Positions 60,346-64,000 of a DNA stretch of 64,000 nucleotides are shown piece after piece. The DNA is taken from assembly GCA_963555755.3 (NCBI GenBank), contig OY820905.2, positions 1,824,001-1,888,000 of the forward strand. Direction: 5' to 3'. Position 1 is the stretch's first letter. Every line of letters starts with the position of its first letter. The notes under the pieces are model-generated. The model was not told the origin of the DNA. It did no database searches and saw only the letters and a program-made list of their open reading frames with translations. The DNA is from Nitrospirales bacterium. GTDB taxonomy: Bacteria; Nitrospirota; Nitrospiria; Nitrospirales; UBA8639. Both the position numbers and the translations under genes were made by a program.

Positions 60346-61014
60346 TTAATTGTCAGAAAGTTGCTCTAGCTTAGTTAACCAATTGCTAAAGTGATCACAT
60401 TCTTCCCTAATTCGCTCTACACCAATTCGTCCAGCAATTAGGGAACCATGCAATGGTTTCTGGTAGTTCGGGTAAGCATTAATAATTCTTTGGTGGGGGG
60501 CAGTAGACTTATGGTCATTAATTTCTTCAGGGGATTGGAACTGTTCCCGGATATTCTCAAAAGTATGACGAAGTCTTGAACCTCCAGGTAGGGCATCTTC
60601 CATCGCTTGAGGGGATGAAAAAAGAAGTCCCTCGAATTCGTGTAGGGTTAGGAACGGTATGAATTTCGAGTCATTAATATCCTGTTTGATAGCTTCCTCA
60701 ACATAACAAACATGGTCATAACAGTTACTTCCCTGCGGAGCACTTCGTCCAGGGAAGGTAGAGGGGAGGCCATAATAGTCAAGCATTGTTGTTACAGCGA
60801 CGGCGCTGGTGTCTTGCAAAAGATTCCATATTTCCTTTTTCGCTTTGTGGTATTTTGGCACACCGCCCTTAAAGACGGGCTGTGAAAACACGAATTTGGT
60901 TGTTGCTACGATGGGGTGGCAATATAGATTGCGGATTTCCAGATAGGGAACCAGGAGAGTTTTTACAAATCTTTCTTCCGTTTGACCTTCAACATAAATA
61001 AAGACTTTTCTCAC
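60346..61014 (-). CDS. DUF4276-family protein (TOPRIM-like VEGQTE motif)
   Basis: IYVEGQTEERFV, TTMLDYYGLP, LHEFEGLLFS, SPEEIND, C.HF..WL. Confidence 0.88.
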   Translation of the reverse strand: MRKVFIYVEGQTEERFVKTLLVPYLEIRNLYCHPIVATTKFVFSQPVFKGGVPKYHKAKKEIWNLLQDTSAVAVTTMLDYYGLPSTFPGRSAPQGSNCYDHVCYVEEAIKQDINDSKFIPFLTLHEFEGLLFSSPQAMEDALPGGSRLRHTFENIREQFQSPEEINDHKSTAPHQRIINAYPNYQKPLHGSLIAGRIGVERIREECDHFSNWLTKLEQLSDN

Positions 61015-61016
61015 GA

Positions 61017-62105
61017 TTACGGTCTACCGCCCAGAAGATTTTTCTCCCAAAGATCCCCAAGACCATAATCTTCTATCCAGCTTTCCATTTCTTTACTTTC
61101 TAGATGCCTGAATGTAGATTGTCCCCTACCCCGATCCACAACGAGAATGTCTTCTGGTTGAAGTTGGTTAACAAGAGGGACTGATTGCGTAGAAACAATG
61201 ACTTGCGTTTTTTCTGAGGCACTTTTCAATAATGATGCGAGGACAGTAATTGCATAGGGATGTAAGCCTAGTTCTGGTTCATCTATCAGCACAGTTGATG
61301 GTGGTGTTGGTTGTAGAAGTAAGGTGGCTAGACACATGAAACGAAGTGTACCATCAGAGAGGTGGGAGGCCCTAAAAGGAAAATCGGATCCCTTTTCACG
61401 CCATTCCAGCCTAATATTATCTTTAGCAATAGGATCGGGTCTTAGTACGAAATCGTCGAAAAACGGAGCAACCTGCCGAATGGTGTCACGAATTGCCTCG
61501 TAATAGGAACCAGTTCGACTTTCTCTTAATAAATATAAATAGGCAGCTAAGTTTCTGGCATCTGAACGAAGATAAAGATTATCATTTATTTCCCCAATCT
61601 TTTTGACTTTTGCACTATCACTCGTGTCGTGAAAGTGGTAAAGCCTCCAAGTTTTGAGTGAATCCATAACATAGCCGGGCACTTTTTTCGGCAATTTCCT
61701 GGCAGCGTCAGGCAGTTGGCTCTCTTTGTGACCCGAGCCTAGATACTCTCGATAAACTGATGGTTTATAATCACCCCAAAAAAGACACTCCTCTCGACTG
61801 AAGAAAAGCGACCCATCTGCCGTTGGTGCCCAAACACAGTAATATCCATTCGCACCAAACCGTAGTTCGACTTCGATTTTGTCTGTGGTTTTTTCACCAA
61901 AGTGCAAAAATGTTTCAGCACCACCACCATGCGTAACCGCATTTTGAAAATTCCCAGCTCCCATCTCATTTAATAGTTTAAATATACTAATAAAATTGCT
62001 TTTTCCTGCACCATTAGATCCAATCATGACATTTAAAGCACGCAGATCTAGGTCAAGATCACGTATAGATTTAAATCCTTTAAGATTTATCTTCTCCAGT
62101 TTCAT
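61017..62105 (-). CDS. AAA/ABC-type ATPase (AAA_21/AbiEii-like)
   Basis: GFKSI, GSNGAGKSN, LSDGTLR, LIDEPELGLHP, VSTQS, LGDLWEKNLLGGRP. Confidence 0.92.
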   Translation of the reverse strand: MKLEKINLKGFKSIRDLDLDLRALNVMIGSNGAGKSNFISIFKLLNEMGAGNFQNAVTHGGGAETFLHFGEKTTDKIEVELRFGANGYYCVWAPTADGSLFFSREECLFWGDYKPSVYREYLGSGHKESQLPDAARKLPKKVPGYVMDSLKTWRLYHFHDTSDSAKVKKIGEINDNLYLRSDARNLAAYLYLLRESRTGSYYEAIRDTIRQVAPFFDDFVLRPDPIAKDNIRLEWREKGSDFPFRASHLSDGTLRFMCLATLLLQPTPPSTVLIDEPELGLHPYAITVLASLLKSASEKTQVIVSTQSVPLVNQLQPEDILVVDRGRGQSTFRHLESKEMESWIEDYGLGDLWEKNLLGGRP

Positions 62106-62327
62106 ATTTCTGTCGTGAACCTTTCTACGCCTTCACAAATGGTACAAAATAAAGGCTGTTATTCTCTACTTGAAATAATTTACGACGAATTAAAAATCTT
62201 GGACCGTAAGGAAATGGCGACAGGCTACTTTTTGAAATGAACGGTGTCAACAGTCTTTTACGATAATACGCGCGAACCTGGGTCGGGGTGAGTTCTCACA
62301 TTCCTACATTTTTGCTAAACTCACACT

Positions 62328-62628
62328 ATGGCCAGACCGTTACGACTGGAATTTGCAGGGGCGTTGTATCATATCACCTCACGAGGAGACAGGCGCGACG
62401 CCATTTATCGAGCCGCTGACGATCGAGAAGCCTGGTTGGAAGTCCTTGGCAACGTCTGTGCCCGGTTTAACTGGGTCGTGCATGCGTATTGCCAGATGAC
62501 CAACCATTATCATGTGCTTGTGGAAACCATAGACGGCAACCTCTCACGCGGCATGCGGCAATTGAATGGTCGATATACCCAGCGGTTTAATCGCCGCCAT
62601 GGCCTGGTTGGGCATGTGCTTCAAGAAT
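62328..62628 (+). pseudogene. RAYT/IS200-like Y1 transposase, 3'-truncated
   Basis: MARPLR..F.GALYHITSRG, AYCQMTNHYHVL (HUH), FNRRH...GHVLQ, then broken by a REP copy. Similar REPs lie at 62286-62311 and 62630-62654. Confidence 0.88.
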
Positions 62629-62728
62629 CCGGGGTCAGTTCTCACATTCCTACAGTAGGTGTTGAAAAAGTCAAAAACTATCAGAAGCAGTTCCTGCTCC
62701 AGGAAGAAATCAAAACACCAGTTGCAAT

Positions 62729-62850
62729 GCAGGGTGTTCAAAAGGTCCATCCAGCAAGGCCGCAGGGCTTTTGGCGCGCGGAGCGTACAGCAGTACGTGG
62801 GCACGACAAAAGTCCGAGAACGCCGCTGGCGGGCATTTTCAACATCCTGC
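62729..62850. mobile_element. MITE-like element, family E (shortest, cassette-free copy)
   Basis: GCAGGGTGTTCAAAA / TTTTCAACATCCTGC; abuts the secF stop codon. Confidence 0.82.
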
Positions 62851-63770
62851 TATCGGCCCCGGCTCAGGAGCCGGCCTTCGATTCCTGGCCAGGCCAGGAG
62901 AAGGGGGCTGGCGACAAAAATTGAGGAATAGGTCCCAATGAGCACGCCAAGAAGAAGTGCCAAGGCGAAATCGTGCAAGACTTCGCCCCCAAATAGCGTC
63001 AACGGCAGCAAGACCAGGACCACCGTCAGCGTGGTGATGAGCGTCCGGCTCAACACCTGATTAATGCCGTTATTGATAATGGTCAGAATGGAATCGCGCC
63101 GACGCGCCCGCAGGTTTTCCCGAATCCGATCAAACACCACGACCGTATCCGTGAGGGAATACCCGGCCAGGGTCAGGAGGGCCGTCACCACCAACAAGGT
63201 GATTTCGATATCCAAAAGATAAAAAATCCCGAGGACGGCTAAGACATCATGAAACGTGGCGATGGCTGCAGCCACGCCAAATCGCAACTCAAAACGCGAT
63301 GCGACATAGAGAATAATGCCGATTAAAGAAATCGTAATAGCCAACAAGGCATCCTGTTGCAGCCGATGGCCAATGGTGGGACCGATCTCGATACTGGAAT
63401 CCACAACAAATTTATTTGTGGTAAATTCTTGTTCAAAGATTTGAATAATCCGTTCGGAAATTTTCTCCTCAATCGTGCCTTCGGTTTTGACCCGGATCAA
63501 CAGTTTATTGTCCTGGGTGAATTCCTGAAGTTCTGCATCGTTGAGGCCATGCTTGATCAGTGCCTGCCGGGCCACATCAATGGCAATGGGATTCTCAAAT
63601 TTTAATTGCACCGCCGTCCCACCGGAAAAATCAATTCCTAAATTCGCCGCGCCTCGCCCAATCTGAACGATGGTGAAGAGCCCAAGGACCACCAAAAATC
63701 CTGAAATGACAAGGGCAACCTTCCGTTTCCCCATAAAATCAATGTTTGTTCTGCCAACGATTTCGAGCAT
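62850..63770 (-). CDS. secF: Protein translocase subunit SecF
   Basis: IDFMGKR, LGIDFSGGT, IGPTIG, FHDV, GYSLTDTVVVFDRIREN, GTYSSIFVA. Confidence 0.97.
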   Translation of the reverse strand: MLEIVGRTNIDFMGKRKVALVISGFLVVLGLFTIVQIGRGAANLGIDFSGGTAVQLKFENPIAIDVARQALIKHGLNDAELQEFTQDNKLLIRVKTEGTIEEKISERIIQIFEQEFTTNKFVVDSSIEIGPTIGHRLQQDALLAITISLIGIILYVASRFELRFGVAAAIATFHDVLAVLGIFYLLDIEITLLVVTALLTLAGYSLTDTVVVFDRIRENLRARRRDSILTIINNGINQVLSRTLITTLTVVLVLLPLTLFGGEVLHDFALALLLGVLIGTYSSIFVASPLLLAWPGIEGRLLSRGR

Positions 63771-63825
63771 CGGTCCCCTCAATTGTAATAAAATCCCCGC
63801 CGCAAGCAGTGAGGTATTGATTGGA

Positions 63826-63888
63826 AAATCCCCCTCACCCCCTTTTCCAAAGGGGGGACCCTTCGACCTGACTCAGGGCAGGCTTCAA
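63826..63888. repeat. Short palindromic repeats (CCCCTTTTCCAAAGGGGG and CCCTTCGAC..CTCAGGGC)
   Basis: The first type recurs at about 31305-31340 and, more degenerate, at about 17770 and 2575. The second type recurs inside the MITE at about 42297. Confidence 0.65.
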
Positions 63889-63925
63889 GGGTTACCCCAA
63901 GACAGCGCACAGAGGAATCACGAGT

Positions 63926-64000
63926 TTAAATACTCAGACTTTCAATCTTTCGGCGATTCACCAAGTCAAACACCACTTTTGTTCCAATCAAAGCCGTGAA
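63926..64000 (-). CDS. secD: Protein translocase subunit SecD, C-terminal end
   Basis: Manual translation FTALIGTKVVFDLVNRRKIESLSI*, directly upstream of secF. Confidence 0.8.
   Translation of the reverse strand, partial: FTALIGTKVVFDLVNRRKIESLSI

Noticed and set aside
59874..60374. Retron, DGR or other functional reverse transcriptase system
   Set aside because: Only the maturase tail plus DV/DVI remain. There is no RT domain or template/variable repeat pair, and DV has a mismatch.
62328..62924. Full-length 198-aa transposase
   Set aside because: Residues after GHVLQ are read-through of REP and MITE sequence overlapping the secF end.

Overview
A 64-kb bacterial chromosome segment, very likely from a nitrite-oxidizing Nitrospirota (Nitrospirales) genome. 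This is inferred from gene content and is not proven. From left to right it contains five blocks. (i) 1-11.8 kb: a decaying accessory stretch with a TraB fragment, an EndoQ-like pseudogene, Sel1, ADH, YbaN and a DUF2891 gene split by IS1595. (ii) 12-23 kb: a sugar/oxidative pentose-phosphate block (GH15, gnd, zwf, tal-pgi fusion, tkt) with a VapBC-type TA module inserted. (iii) 23.5-31.3 kb: ttuB-ttuA, lipoproteins, a duplicated CheY-like regulator around a PEP-CTERM gene, and ilvD. (iv) 31.4-52.9 kb: a large, mostly minus-strand cluster resembling the nitrite-oxidoreductase (NXR) accessory region. It holds two pentaheme cytochromes, a PDZ protein, two EbdC/NxrC-like heme-b subunits, NHL, TatA, TPR, a B12 radical SAM, a TorD-like chaperone, a ferredoxin, WD40 and a sigma54 two-component system. 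An unannotated structured-RNA candidate lies inside it. (v) 52.9-62.9 kb: a mobile-element graveyard with two ISCR/IS91-like direct repeats, IS4, IS1595, a group II intron 3' end, an AAA-ATPase + DUF4276 pair and a truncated RAYT, followed by secF and the end of secD. At least 14 short non-autonomous elements (MITE-like, 120-300 bp, about six TIR families) are superimposed on these blocks. Most share an internal hairpin core, several sit on stop or start codons, one is nested inside another, and one family carries exchangeable palindromic cassettes. GGGGTCA-type REP sequences act as landing sites for three unrelated mobile elements.
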